From Perkinsus olseni (taxonomy: Eukaryota): DNA of 51,772 bases. Each line of letters begins with the position of its first letter. The stretch's first letter is position 1. A program made the position numbers and the translations under genes. The stretch lies in assembly GCA_013115125.1 (NCBI GenBank), contig JABANN010000219.1:1-51772 (forward strand), given 5' to 3'. This document shows, piece by piece, positions 22,401 through 35,354 of the stretch. The notes beneath the pieces are model-generated. The model had not been told where the DNA came from. It saw only the letters and a program-made list of their open reading frames with translations, and did not search any database.

Positions 22401-22689
22401 TCATAGGTCAGTATGAAGCGGCAGCTTTTGTGAGGGCTGTGTAGCTACTTGATGCAGGGTTCGAACCGGAGTTTCTCGTAGGTCGTCAGAAAACAGTTGA
22501 TATGGACACTTTGGCCAGTAGCGATTCCAGAAATCTCCCGACTCAAGTCAAACCGGTGCACTATAGAAACATCTCGACCATAAAACTATAATTGCTAAGT
22601 AAGCAGCGGCCGGACAGAGTGACTACAACATGACCTGAAACAATAACGCCGTCCTACAATTGAATCTGACAGCCCAAGATTGACTCGGG

Positions 22690-24791
22690 TTAAGACGGTC
22701 GTTGTCGCACCTTCTCCACATCAGCAGCTGGCCTCCACGGAAGTTCGTTCTTCCCAGCGAGGGATCGGTTATGGATCTGAAGTAACATAGGTGACCGAAA
22801 CCTATGATCCGAGCCCTTGCCCTAGAAGCCCTTACGAATCTGTCCATCATGTCGAGTGCCGCCTCTGGCTGGTCCGTTGGTACCATATGACCCGAGTTGG
22901 AGACCCATACGAACGTTAAAGCACCACCTGCCACGGTAAGGGTGCTCTAAGTTCCCTCCCAGCGCTTGGCCCTACCCGATTGAACAAATCCGAAGGGGTG
23001 ATTCGGGCCTTCCCAGAGTTCCCTTGAAGCCGTTTCGAAAGGTTCATAGCCGAGCATATGGAGTGCTCCCATCACGCTAAGGTGGCCACCTGTCCCAAAG
23101 CGAGTCCCCAAACTGTGATAGCTCCAACACTAGCTCACATGAACTGCCATCAAATACTCCAGTGTATATCATCGTCGGTATCGCAGCGGACAGCACCGTC
23201 TGAACCTCCTTCAGAACCTGTACCAATTTAGTGACCTTCCATCCCGCCATCTTGCTGTAACTACTACTACTACCGGCTTCATCAGCTCCTTCTGTAGGTT
23301 CATAACTACTGGATTTGGAGAGGCGGTACCGTCGCCATTTTGCCACTTGACGCCTCCAGTGTGGAGTGCAGCGGCTACATCAGCCCTCGCAAAATACTTC
23401 TCCATTGCTGCCGAGTAGATGTTGTTAAAGGTGTCACCCCACTGACGAGTATCGTACCTGCCAGCGTGGAATGTCTGCGGCGTACACGAAACCAGTGACC
23501 GACAGGAATGGGTGACCGGCAGCACTCTGCAGGTACTCCTGCATCGCCTCGGCACTCCGGAAGGCCTCGAACTCACGCCCCTCGGACATGAGGGATTCCA
23601 CCTAGTAAGAGCAGCGTTGATGTACAGAGACCTAGTATGACCTTACCGATCTCCACATGCCTTCAGCGTGGGCCTTCTCGTCCTTGCCGATGAGGCCTTG
23701 GACGTAGTAGTATTCAATCGACGCGTGGTACCTCACAGACAAACGACCATCGTCTGGATCGAAGGGCGATCAATCAGGGAAGATAAACCCCAACAGAACC
23801 ACAGCCGTGGTGGCTGTGGTAGTAGGAGCAGTAATAGCTTCAACACTTTTGGCAACAGTCGTGAAGTTGGCAGCAATTCAAGAGTCGTACTGTTTCCAGT
23901 GTAAGTTGCCAGGGTTGCCGATTATCATCCCCTGCAGATTGATTCTCTTCTCCTCAGGCAGCTGTTTGCTCTCGTCCAATAAATAGGAAGTTATTACTGG
24001 TATGTAGACGCCGGCGAAAGACTCTCCCGTGATGAACCTACAACGGGGTGGCCAAACCGAAACTAGTCCGAGGGCTTACGTTCGAGCATTCCGCAGGTTG
24101 GGATGAATCTCGAAAAAGTTTTCCAATGCCGTTAGAAACTGCGAGGCTAGTTGGTGGAAGTTCGTGACGTACCCACCCGCATCACTGTAGGAAAACCCAG
24201 TGCCTGAGAAGAGGGACGGTTGCAAGAAAATCTGAAAACCCTTCGGATTTTTATAGCGTGGAAATGGTCAATCATCCTAACGGGGAGCTTCCATATATCT
24301 TCCTTCCCTCGAGAAGTGAGGAGTCCTCCAGTGTTACCAACGGGCTGATCGAAATAGACACAGTGGCCCAGCTTGGCCCATGATGATGGATTCTCAGTGA
24401 GAGTCATGTTTGGCTGAAGGCGATAGGGACCGTTCTCGAGGAGATTGCCAAGCGAACTGCCTGAAAAATAACCACCAATCGGCGAACGTCGTGGAAACAT
24501 ACCGTTACTCGCTCCGGGGCCACCATTGAGCCATATGAGCAGTGGGGTATCTTCATCATAGTCATCATGTTCGAACAGCATGTACCAGAGATAGCCGTTA
24601 GACGTCTTATTTGCCAGGACCTGAGCCGGGGATGCCGGACGGGCCTTCGAGGGAGTGCTCCTTACGTGTCCAGCGTAGACACCGTTAACTTCACCATAAC
24701 CGGGGAGATGGGTGACACGATGGAGATCAGCAGCAGTCGGGTCAGATACAGCTGCTACGGCTAGGAGCGAGAGTAATAAGGAAGATAGCAT
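22690..24791 (-). CDS. Serine carboxypeptidase (peptidase S10), secreted, multi-exon
   Basis: Signal peptide MLSSLLLSLLAVAAVS, PLLIWLNGGPGAS, ENGPY, YFDQPVG, catalytic ITGESFAGVYIP and C-terminal LTFVWVSNSGHMVPTDQP. Short GT-AG introns; the last exon is inferred. Confidence 0.92.
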
Positions 24792-25099
24792 AGAATTGAG
24801 AAAACTAGCGACACGATTGCCTTCGAGATTTTTTCGGTCCTAACATGCCTCTACACGGCGTTGACGTGCGCATAGAGCCCGGCAGAACCGAGCACGTCGG
24901 CGAAGGTTTGACTAGGCTGGAACTACCGGCGTTGGATCATAGACTCACATGGTATCGTACGACGCCGAGGAACGACAATCGACCGTTGACTACCACCGCT
25001 AGCAGCCTTCTGCGACACAAAAAGGGGGGCACCGATTTCAATTGACAACCCAAGTGAACAGACATCGAGAAACAAATAGTAGTCGGAGTTTTCAACAGT

Positions 25100-26569
25100 T
25101 TATCGAATCTTAGAGAACCACCGGAGCCAGTATAATGCTAGGGGGGCCGAGGCTGCACCGAGGAGGTGGGCTGAGTGGGAGACCCCAGGCGAATGGCTGA
25201 CCAACGCTCCCGCTTGATCGTCTCCGAGCGACGCGAACGCCCATATGCCTTCGAGTGCGAGAACCTGAGGGACCCCCCTTTCCCGTCGGAACAGTCGGAT
25301 GAATCTTAGGTCATCGCTAGGAAGATACAGAAAGGACGGCAAACCCCGATCAGAACCTACCCCTGCGAGGAGCTTCTTCTGAGATATGGGCCACATTCCC
25401 CACACATACACCATCAGATTGGGCTCGAGCAGACACGCTGCCGTGAGGAGACCGAAGGCGACGCCGCTTCCCCCTACCGCAGCGTCACGCCTATCAGTGG
25501 CCGTAAGGACCTACGCAGCGAGAAGGATTCCCATCCCCAGGTCGCGATGGAGGCCTACGTGTCCAAAGCTGCCAGCGATGGCACTTGTAACGGCTATTCT
25601 CAACAGCGCCGGACCGCCAAGAAGCTTCTCTAGTTGAGAACCGTAGACGAAAACGACCAACTGAGGCATGAATGATGGCACTAGTTGCCAGTGGAGGGAG
25701 GCTGCTACCGAGTTCACGAGGAGGTGCATGAAACTAGTATGGGACAGGCTGGCCGTCAGCAGGGTGTGCAGTCGTCCATGCGTGAGGTTCTCTCGACTGA
25801 CGGTGAAGTTCCGATTCCTGAGGATGACCCGTCGATGGACACCATTGTTCGAGCAGAGGGAAGGCCGTCAGACTAAGGCGTTTCTACGTCTGTCGTAAAG
25901 CCCAAGAGCAAGAACGGGACACACCATTGGTTTCGGGCGCACAGGCCAGCGGCGGCGGCCTCTGATCGGAGACACGAGGCTGATGGTACCGTGTACCGCT
26001 TGATGTATAAAGGAACGTTTCAATCAACCAACTCTACCGTGGAGGGATGGTTATCGAAAGTGTGCTAAACTCACATGAATTTGGGCGGAGCGAAACCCCA
26101 TAAAAGATAGGTCATACCAGCCAACACCAACATCGTGAACGTGACTGGGTACGGCGTCCCTGAGTATGGTTTGACGAATCCTCTATCGCTGCAACCGAAG
26201 ACCCTTCCTTACTATCATCAACCCAGCGCTTGTATCGATATCGCCACTCATACGCCCTCTGGCCCATGGGAGATCGCAAGACCGGTTGAAGCCGTCGGGC
26301 GGCAGCCTGAGGAAGACGACAACCCTTGACCGTCGTCCGGGCCAATTCAGACTCACCGCTCGGTGATGCTCCAACTTATCAACTTTCTCCATGGTACTCC
26401 GTGATGGCGGCTTTTCCATGAACACTTCAAGTCTTTCGAAACTTCGATCGACAAACTCATTTATTCGCTTCAAGAGACCACCTAAGATTCCCCGCGCTTT
26501 AGACGACATCACACGAACGATCCTGACCTCTCTTCCGCGGGTCGAAGGGGCTGCCCGGGTAACGGCCAT
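25100..26569 (-). CDS. Rhomboid intramembrane serine protease (PARL-like), multi-exon; 5' end uncertain
   Basis: Spliced fragments NFTVSRENLTHGRLHTLLTASLSHTSFMHLLVNS, GSQLEKLLG, AVGGSGVAFGLL (GxSG catalytic Ser) and VSHSAHLLGA (catalytic His). A basic, Arg-rich upstream segment is compatible with a mitochondrial presequence. Confidence 0.78.
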
Positions 26570-26910
26570 CGCCCTCGGGAAACGAACCCCAGCGGGTGGA
26601 TTCCCGGGCAAACCTATTGATTCTGTCTTGAGTATCTTTTAGAAAACTCCGTTGACCTGATCAGAGAAAGCCGATCACCGGCAGAGCGGCTGCAGCGGTG
26701 CAGTCGTCACCTCCACTGTACAGCACACGACTCGCGTAGGTCTCCAATCGGATTCCCGGGGCTACCCGCGTCACTCGTACGAATTGCAGCAGCCTTAGCT
26801 CACCCAAAAGCGGCTTCATCATCGTCCATCAGAGCAAGACAATCTAAGATCGGATTGGAACGAGAATAGAACACTACCATCTCGGTCGTTGAGAAACCAG
26901 TGTGACGTTA

Positions 26911-29900
26911 TTAAGAAGCGGCAAATGTAGGATCTGTGAATCGCATATGTTGTGGATCAGGAGCGCCATCACCCTTCTGATCTGCCAGTCCACGCTTGCC
27001 TCGTTCTTTGAGGTACCTTAGGAGGGTTAACATGAAGTACATCATACGAAAGTGTTGGTCAGGCTATTGGCAGCGATCAGGAGACGGAACAGTGGTTGAG
27101 GCTTCCAAAAAGCTTGTAACCCCAACCATTCGAAATAAAGGAATGAGAGTGAAAACGCTTTGTCAAGGGCGACTAGTGTGCGATCCCTCGGACAGCAGTG
27201 GAGGCTTTGCCCTGCAGTGGAAGTGACAGTTCGACTTACCATTGCTCGGCTTCCGCGGCGCCCACCAGGCGTGTGGGCTCCCCACCACCTTGATGCTTCA
27301 TTGGCTGTGACATCGACAATAGGAACTCCCTTGCTGAGGAAACCTGAACCGCGGACCTCAGACGAAGCTGCCACATCTGTGATTTTAGAGCCACAAAACG
27401 CTGTGCCCTCGGGACCGCCGTAACATGATATTGACTATTGTTATTGTACCGTAGTATGATATCATATTTATGCACTCTACATACATAGACTTTAGCGCGA
27501 CCAAAAGGCGACGCCGTTCCTCGGCTGAGCACCATTTCGATTTGATATTTTTATCTACTCTGTAGTTTATTGTATTTCATTACTCTAAGATTTCCATAAT
27601 AGCGTTATGGTCTAGCAGCACCCGCACCGGTCCCCAACCTACCGCCATGTCCACAGTCAGGTTCGAGAATGCAGGTATGAGGAACTTCCCTATCCACGGC
27701 GGCAGCTTCTTCCTCTTGTCCGCCCTAGCATATCGTGCCTGTCGTCGAAGGTGTCACCACCCCCATCACCACTATTGCTATCAACACTCACATCGGCCAG
27801 GACCATCAACCCGTAGTCCTGCTTGCTTCGCAGCACTCGTCCAACACATTGAGCCGCAGCACGCATCGCGTCGAACGTCAAAAACTCCCCCTCCGAGATG
27901 CCATGAGTGTCTCGGATGTATCTGCCGCGGATGATCAGCAACAACGCAACCGACGGTCACTCGACTCACGCTAGTCTCGCCCGAAGTCGCCGCGACAAGC
28001 TGTACTGGAAGGGTACGCCAAATAGCACCACAGCACGGCTGAGTGAAGACAGCGATGATATCCGGTGAGCAGCGTTGATCCCCTCACCCGTAATGCCTAT
28101 CGAAATCTATGCCCTCGCTAACCTTCCCTCGCGCGACGGCCAGGAAAAGTCCACCCCGGCCCTGGTCGCAGGCTTCACGATAGTTACTCAGGGCGATGGT
28201 AGTGGAAACAACATCATCAGTCTCGAAGAAGACCACTTTGTGAGTACTCAATCTTGCTAGTGTTCCAGAGTCGTACCATACGCGAACAACCTGAGGATAC
28301 AGTGTGTCGGAGCGGGACGCCGAGATTTTCCCCGGTTTGGGACTCCCGGAGGGGAGGGATAAGGAACCTTCGAAAGGTTGATCAGATCAATGCTTCGGTC
28401 CTCGGCTTTCATGCTCGTCACTTGTGCTATGCGTGTTTAGAACTTCGTGGCGCGCGGTCAATTTTTTGCCTGCCCATGCAAGACAGCGAGGGAGCAGCTC
28501 GGCAGCTTGGATCCTTCTAACGCCCGTCGCTCCATCACTAACGATTCTGTGTATCCGCGCTACAACGAACACATGAAAGGTCGACCCTTAGCTACCACAC
28601 AAAAAAAGATACGCCTAGGCCCCGGGAGGATGCCAGATCTCTAAGATCTCACCTGCTGCATGAAGACCTTCGATGTGAAGAAGCAAACGACTCCATCAGG
28701 AACGACCTGCACTAGCTCCTCGAGCAAAGTTCCGTAACACTTGGACACCTCCTCATCCCTGAAACAACCACCGTCTTGTAAAGTTCCTACTCTCACCGCT
28801 ACGGTCCTACTTCCGAGATTGGAAACTGCTGCTGAGGACGATGTCGTTGCTCCTAGTGACGATCAAGGGCCGGATGCAGTCCCTTTCAAGGGATATGTCC
28901 AAGGCCTCGCTCACAACAACTCTGTCCAAGCCCAGTAGTTTGGGATACATCGATAAGGGAGAGAGCGTACCGGAGGTGAGCACCTGCAACAACAGAGGCA
29001 AGCGACCATAGCTAAGGAAGCGCAGTAGAAATGATTCCTTCTCATAGCAAGGAAATCGCGGTTTTTCGAATTCAGATGGTCCGAATATGAATACCTTCAA
29101 CTATTGACTAGGCCTTCGTAACGAAAAAAGCGGAGCTCGCGACAAGTCTCGGGTTCGAACCTCAGCCTGGGCTTTTTTCCGTATTTTTTCGGGTTCATCC
29201 ACAACGGTCCTCGACGGTTTTGCTCGGTAGAACACGGATGAGAGCGATTTCGTATTTTTTATAGAATACAAAAACCGCGTGCTTTCGAATGGTATGTGTC
29301 TCCCGAGTTGAATCGACATTGTCGTGGAGAAATAATTTGAACGAACGAACGAACGTACAAAAAAGCGCAGAAGTGACAGTATATGCTCCGCTCGCTTCGC
29401 TCGCTCCGCAATTTCAGACTACATTACATATATCATCTGTGAGTAATGAAACCATTATTAATGAAATATTATGAACATAGTATGGCTGACATCACTTGAT
29501 CCATTCCTCATATAGATATACTAACAAATAACTAAATGCCTGAGCTTCGATAAACCCTCCGCCGTAGGATAATTGTGAGAACGACGCTTACCACGTTCTT
29601 GTAACGCCTAACAACAGGTCTCATCGCGATGGCTGCATCCAAGCACGACAGTTCGAGTTGTGGATCGTAGATACCTGAACGAAACAAGCCATAGTATGCA
29701 TCATGTTTCCCCAGGTTCCAATCCCGACTATGATTGAATCTTCCTAGGGTCAACCCAAGATTCCTATAATCATTCCATTGAAGTTATCTCTGCGTGCAGT
29801 GAGAGATGGCCACATCGCCCGATGTGAGAATACCAGCTCACCTTCAGCCTCTGGACAAGGATCCGTGAGCACAGCGAAACCTTTAGAGTGCAAGGATGCC

Positions 29901-32900
29901 AGAGTGCACAGGTCGCAGATCTTCGTCAGGGGGGAGAACCTGTGAAAAACCATCAGCTACAACGGAGCTCGCTCAAGCACAGTGGTAGCGAGCTCATCGT
30001 GTCATCAACCCCAGGCTATAAGAAAAAATTCCGGAAGGATGAAGTGCCGTTGCTACGGGTGGACATCGATGGCCATGATGATCTCGTCCAACAGCTAGAG
30101 GTGTCAGAAAGGCCTACTCATCAATGTCGGTTATCTTCAGCGTGTTCATGAGGCTCCTCAGTCGAGCATCAAACGCCTTCATCGTTCTCGCCTCGATGTA
30201 CTGCTGTGACTCCAACTCGTGTAAAAACATCAACGGCCCTTCAGCTCGGGCCTTGTCCACTCTACAAAAGAACAGCACATCTCTCGGAGGATCGCGGACT
30301 GCCACGATAGACCAATGGCGAACAGTTAATGTACGGAGAGGATTACTGACAGCCAGAAACCGCTATCATATTTATATTCCCCCCTAGCCCCACTAGATGA
30401 TAGTCCCTTCTTTGGAGCCAATTCGATGTCAACAAGTGAACTGAATATCCTACGGGAGAGCTCACCTGATGTAGGCCCTGAGGAAGGCGCAGACCTGCTG
30501 TAGTATCCCTAAGAAGTGCTCAGCTTGTCGTACGTTGCCGGGGATAACCAGATGGGAGACGCCGGAAACCGCATTCTTCAATTCTTGAGGGCCAAACTTC
30601 AAAGCACCAATCGACCTGAGATACACAGTGAAATAACCTCCGCTTCACACGATCAGCGTGAGCCGCCGAGCACTGTGAGCGCTCCAGTTGGCGCTCTTCC
30701 AGGCCGTGCGGGCTGCCTAAGCCCGTCCATGCAATAATGTCATTCAGCGGGGAGAATTACTAGGCCATTAGTTCTAATAATGGCATGTGGTAGCTAATAC
30801 TATTTCCCGAGCATGTTTTACTAGTGAACAGGCAAGAATACGACACGAGCAGAGAATAAGTGTGGAGAGAATGTTGGAAAGCAGCAGGTAGCAATGCCGT
30901 TTTATGCATGCGAAATCTCCTATGAGAGACCTACTCATCCTCCTCGGACATCCCAGAGGCCGGTGCCAAGCCCCTCATGAGGTTCTCGACTTCGGCCTTC
31001 AATCGAGCTTCATCAACCTTCTTCAGTTCTGTAACCTGGCGAGATGGCGAATCTTAGGTCGACCATCGCCACGAATCCTCACCTCGCGTTGGAGTCTTTT
31101 GACGTTACTTGTAGCTCGCTCAATCGTCCTGAAGAGAATAAGAATAAATCCTTCGCAGATCTTCATCAGATGGGGTCATAATTGTTAGACCTCAGTAATC
31201 ACGAAGCATCCAGTAAAGACTCCTATGCCGAGGCAGCTCATATCATAGGAATATATTCCCTCACATACTATCACTTCTAGACAGAAGACCATCCCACCAG
31301 CCACCACGAGCTCCCTCGTATATTCATGAAAACGCTCTCATCAAGCTCGCCAGAAGTGACTTCGTTAAAGCAACGAAACTTTCGTTGAGGATGTCGCGGA
31401 ATTCTCTATCGATCGATTCCCCGTACTCTCGGGCCGAGAGTCTCGGCTATGCAGAGCAACACCCCAGAAAATAAAATGGCCTGGGCTCAACGGCAGCAGA
31501 GCGAAGACTGCAATGCTTACTTCCTGTCAACAGTAACCGTGAGGGCGTCCATGCAGATATCATCGATATTATGGGCCTCGTCAAAGATCACCACCGCGGG
31601 TTCGAACCTGGCATGTTACCATGCGACAAGATCCACATCACCACCATCGTCGACCTACTGCTGTTCCTCATCAGAATCAATAGCCAGGGCTGCAGGCCTT
31701 TCCTCCCCCTCCTTGGCCAGCGCCCCGTGGCTCATCGCCCCTCGTGAGGCTTCCCCTGCGATCAACGCTGACGCCGACACACGAGGGTCCAATACGTACC
31801 TAAAATTACAGCGGAGCGAAGCAGGCTCATCCAAGTGGCGTCAGAAGCTGCTCACTGATAATTGAAGACGATGACATCAGCGTGCCGTAGTAGGCGTTTG
31901 GTCATGTAGTAGGGGCACCACCCTTCCGCCCCGCCGGCCACTCGAAGGTCTTCTAACGTATACACACCAGAGGGTATCTGATGAAGCCGGAAATGGCCGC
32001 ACGACGACGGTAAGAATAACGGACCGCAAACTTCTTCTTTTGGCCGTTCGCTGAGGACTCGATGTCGTTGTTATACCGGCTACCGATAAGTTCATCATAC
32101 TGTTCGAAGAACGAACATCGGCCGGCACTCGATGACGACGACGAGGAGCTTGAACTGAAATGGAAGTGTATATCCGCAAAAGTCGTGCGAAGAAAAAGAT
32201 CAGAGAGTGTGCGGACTTCTTTTTTCCCTCTACTCGGGATCTGGACTCCATACTATGTTGTTGCCCCTCGGAAGCGATTCCCTCCGGCACAGGAAGCGCT
32301 CTCGTATAGCGAAAGTAAGAACGGACGAAAGGGCACGCCAAACTGCCGACCTCTTCTTTATGAAATTGCTGGTCATCTCTCGGCACATAATATCGATCTT
32401 GTCCCGATCAGCCTGCCCCGCCACATCGGGGTGGATGCACATGTTACGTCGAGCCGATAAACCAATACCCAAGAAGCGCTGAGAATTAACAAACCGAGTT
32501 GAAGGACGCAACCCACTTCCCCTCACCGAAAGCAGTACTAGCAATCACAATTGAATGGAGACCTGGCCATCAGCACCCCAGTCCCAGGACAGCCGATCAA
32601 AACTCAGGGACCTGCTTTCCCTCCCGTCCAAAATTTGCTTTCTGGCGATGTCTAGTTACAAGATCATTATTCTATAGGAGTGTATATGCTTCATGTGTCT
32701 CGGACGCACGGTTTCACGTGGTATGGAAGCCCTCAGGACGAGATCCCAACAACTTTCGGATCATCATTGCAGCGGCGGCGCAAAGCAAACAATGACATCA
32801 TCATATCCTTTTTATATGCCCACCAAGGGGGAGGGCACCCAAAACAGCAGGTCTAACAATATGCATAGCACTCACCAGTAGCAACACGTCGACATGTTTT

Positions 32901-33939
32901 GATATCCAAGCCCACTACCATAAATATTAGCAATCCTATAATCTATAGTATCACCATCTATGCCTCGTTATTAAATGTATACGATTTCTAACCCCAGCTC
33001 ATCACGAGCTCCTCATTGTGAACCCTCAGCTCACCACACACCTTCGGAGGTTCATCTGGCTTCTCTCCTGCGAGGATTCTGTCCCGATATTCGATCACCA
33101 ACTTGAGCTCTCGAATTGCTTGGTTCATCTCCGGAACAGTTCTAGTGCAATACACTAGCTTCCCCATCTAACCAGCGCAAGGAGGGCATCCAGGAGAGAA
33201 CAGGCGGGACGTACTCACCTCGGGATGCTCTAGTTGGTAGCTCGTGACCAAGCTCATAATGGTTACAGTTTTCCCCGTCCCGGTAGGCATTTCGATCAGG
33301 CCTTGACCGTGCGAAGCATCCAACGCTTGCTTCAAGTAGTGCATATACTGTACCTGAGCAATCATCACCGTATTTCACGCGACGATTCCTCCCCAGTACT
33401 GCTACGAGTAGAAGTAGCATGTTCTAAGTATCACTAACAAGTTCTTCTCAATAATAATCTTCTGACCTAAAGTCTATCGCCCTATTCACTACTATTCATC
33501 CACGTGTGTAGTGCCGACGTCAATAGCAGCGAATCATACCTTTGCTTTGCTTTGAAAACGCATTCTGCTGTGCATTATGTGAGTATTTCCTGCGCCTAGG
33601 TTTTCTGATATCCTTCACGCAAATACCACCACCCTTTGGTTCTACGACGATGCACATTCGAGCATGGTAGATATGCCAGCAGTGTCAGTCACGAATGATG
33701 CCCGTTATTCAAAGAGTGCTTTCGATTTTCGGAGATCACGGCACCCCTCGGAGCTTCGAAAACAAATAAACTATGTCCTGTCTCGAGTATTAACAAATAC
33801 TATCAAGGGCTAACCACATGCCGAGCCACAGCATCCCTGGTTGTATCCGTAAGGCTCTCCATAATACCTGCTCTGGATAGATAGCATCGTAAGGGAACAT
33901 AACCCTCAACCCATCGATGTTGAGATTAGATATTCCCAT
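26911..33939 (-). CDS. XPD: TFIIH DNA helicase XPD/Rad3 (ERCC2), multi-exon
   Basis: N-terminus [24 protein letters not shown], Walker [10 protein letters not shown], Fe-S region [55 protein letters not shown] and [24 protein letters not shown]. The last exon and stop are inferred. Confidence 0.95.
29020..29420. mobile_element. Probable non-autonomous element inserted in an XPD intron
   Basis: An unusually long (~600 bp) intron contains a B-box-like GGGTTCGAACC followed by a T-run, (AACG)n repeats and a CCGCTCGCTTCGCTCGCTCCGC motif reminiscent of Helitron/Helentron-type termini. Boundaries are not resolved. Confidence 0.35.
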
Positions 33940-35354
33940 ACTCTCTCCGGCCCTCAAGAGAGGTTGCAGCCGATGCAAACAAACAAGAAGAACGAAAACA
34001 AGGCTGAAAGGGAAACACACCGATGAGAGAGCCGAGTAGTTAACGGAGAACATTTTGATGTTTCACGCGTCACCGTCGACGTGAATCATCTTCACTTCCT
34101 GACACTGCACTTCCCCCTTGAACTGGAACGAAACTCAGATTGCAGCCGAACCAAACATGATTATCTAGTTCACAAGTCCAACCATGGAAGTCAATAGTGC
34201 CAGTGGAAGCCTGCAGCAGGCGAAAAAAGAGCTTCCATCGTGGAGGTCCGTACCTGAAGGAGGCATAACTGCTTTGCACGTAGATCTTTAAACTACTGTG
34301 AAAACCTAAGATCTCCAAACTTTCCCTTCATGGGTTCCCTCTCGATGAAATCCATGGTCTATCATGATGATATCATCTATGTTCATAGATGATAGTATAA
34401 TCTTGTTGGTCATAATATGACAGTCATATCATAGCACGGAACAGTGTCTCGTGATTACAAAACCCAAATTCACCTTCGAACTTTCAGTTAAAATCTTCCA
34501 CTTCTCGTGACTTGACCTCGAGGCTCCGGGAATTCTAGCGCCACCAGGAGGACCTCCAGGGTAGGATACCGAAACACATCGGCGGTGGACCGCCAAGTTT
34601 CGGAAACGGCATCACCGTAACGCTTCACAGCCTCAATCTTCGCATGCTCGCAGTTTACCCAGATAACGTTCGACAACTGGTTCTCCTTTATGGATGAAGC
34701 GACTCAGTCGCTGTGACGGCGAATCTCAGCTGGGCTGCAGCGTCATCAGAGGCCGCAGTCAAGACCACAGACGCTGATGAGGCTTTTGTTCTTGTACAGC
34801 CATACAACCTCAAAGCCCCAAAGACTTCTTTGAGAAGTTCTAAGCTTCCCGGAGTTATCGCCTCGAGCAGGCTGAGGTTCGTGGTGCCTTACTGAACCAG
34901 GCTCATCACAAGACTCCTCACAATCCTCTGCTCGTCGCAGACCGAGATGAAGATGTTGTTAATTGATATGGGGAACGATGCGTTTCGGAAGAAGAGCAGC
35001 TGAGCTCATCTTCTACTCGCCCAATGGGCAATGCCCATCTCACAGGAAGACTTCACGAGGCAATTGTCTCGCCGTCGGGACCACAGTTCATGTGGTCCTG
35101 ATAGTTTGATCATCAAGCTTTGATGTCCATACATCAAAGTTTGTCGTTGTTTGTAAAATTCGTCTTAAGCACGTGTACCTTCGACCGACGGTTCTCACCT
35201 GTGGTGTGAGGAGATTCCGCCCTGGACCGGTCATCTCACACATCCAGCAGGGCTCTTGGGCACAGTTATCCCAGTGTAGGAGACAGTGTCTCCTACCCTA
35301 GTTTCTCGATGACGGGCGTTGGGCAGGGTGGTAGGTTTGGCCATACTTATGTTT

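Larger units (their letters stand above)
20692..22516 (+). repeat. Tandem array of tRNA-Ser-containing units (186-bp period, plus two 78-bp hybrid units)
   Basis: tRNA starts at 21233, 21419, 21683, 21869, 22055, 22319 and a truncated one at 22505 give spacings of 186/264/186/186/264/186. Progressively decayed copies lie at ~20692, ~20881 and ~21053. Confidence 0.95.

Noticed and set aside
21233-22516. Regular repeats that could be mistaken for a CRISPR array
   Set aside because: The spacers are near-identical rather than unique, the repeated unit is a tRNA gene, the context is eukaryotic and no cas genes are present.
34070-35030. Possible small spliced gene on the minus strand upstream of XPD
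   Set aside because: The stretches look coding-like, but I could not build a consistent model or recognise a family.
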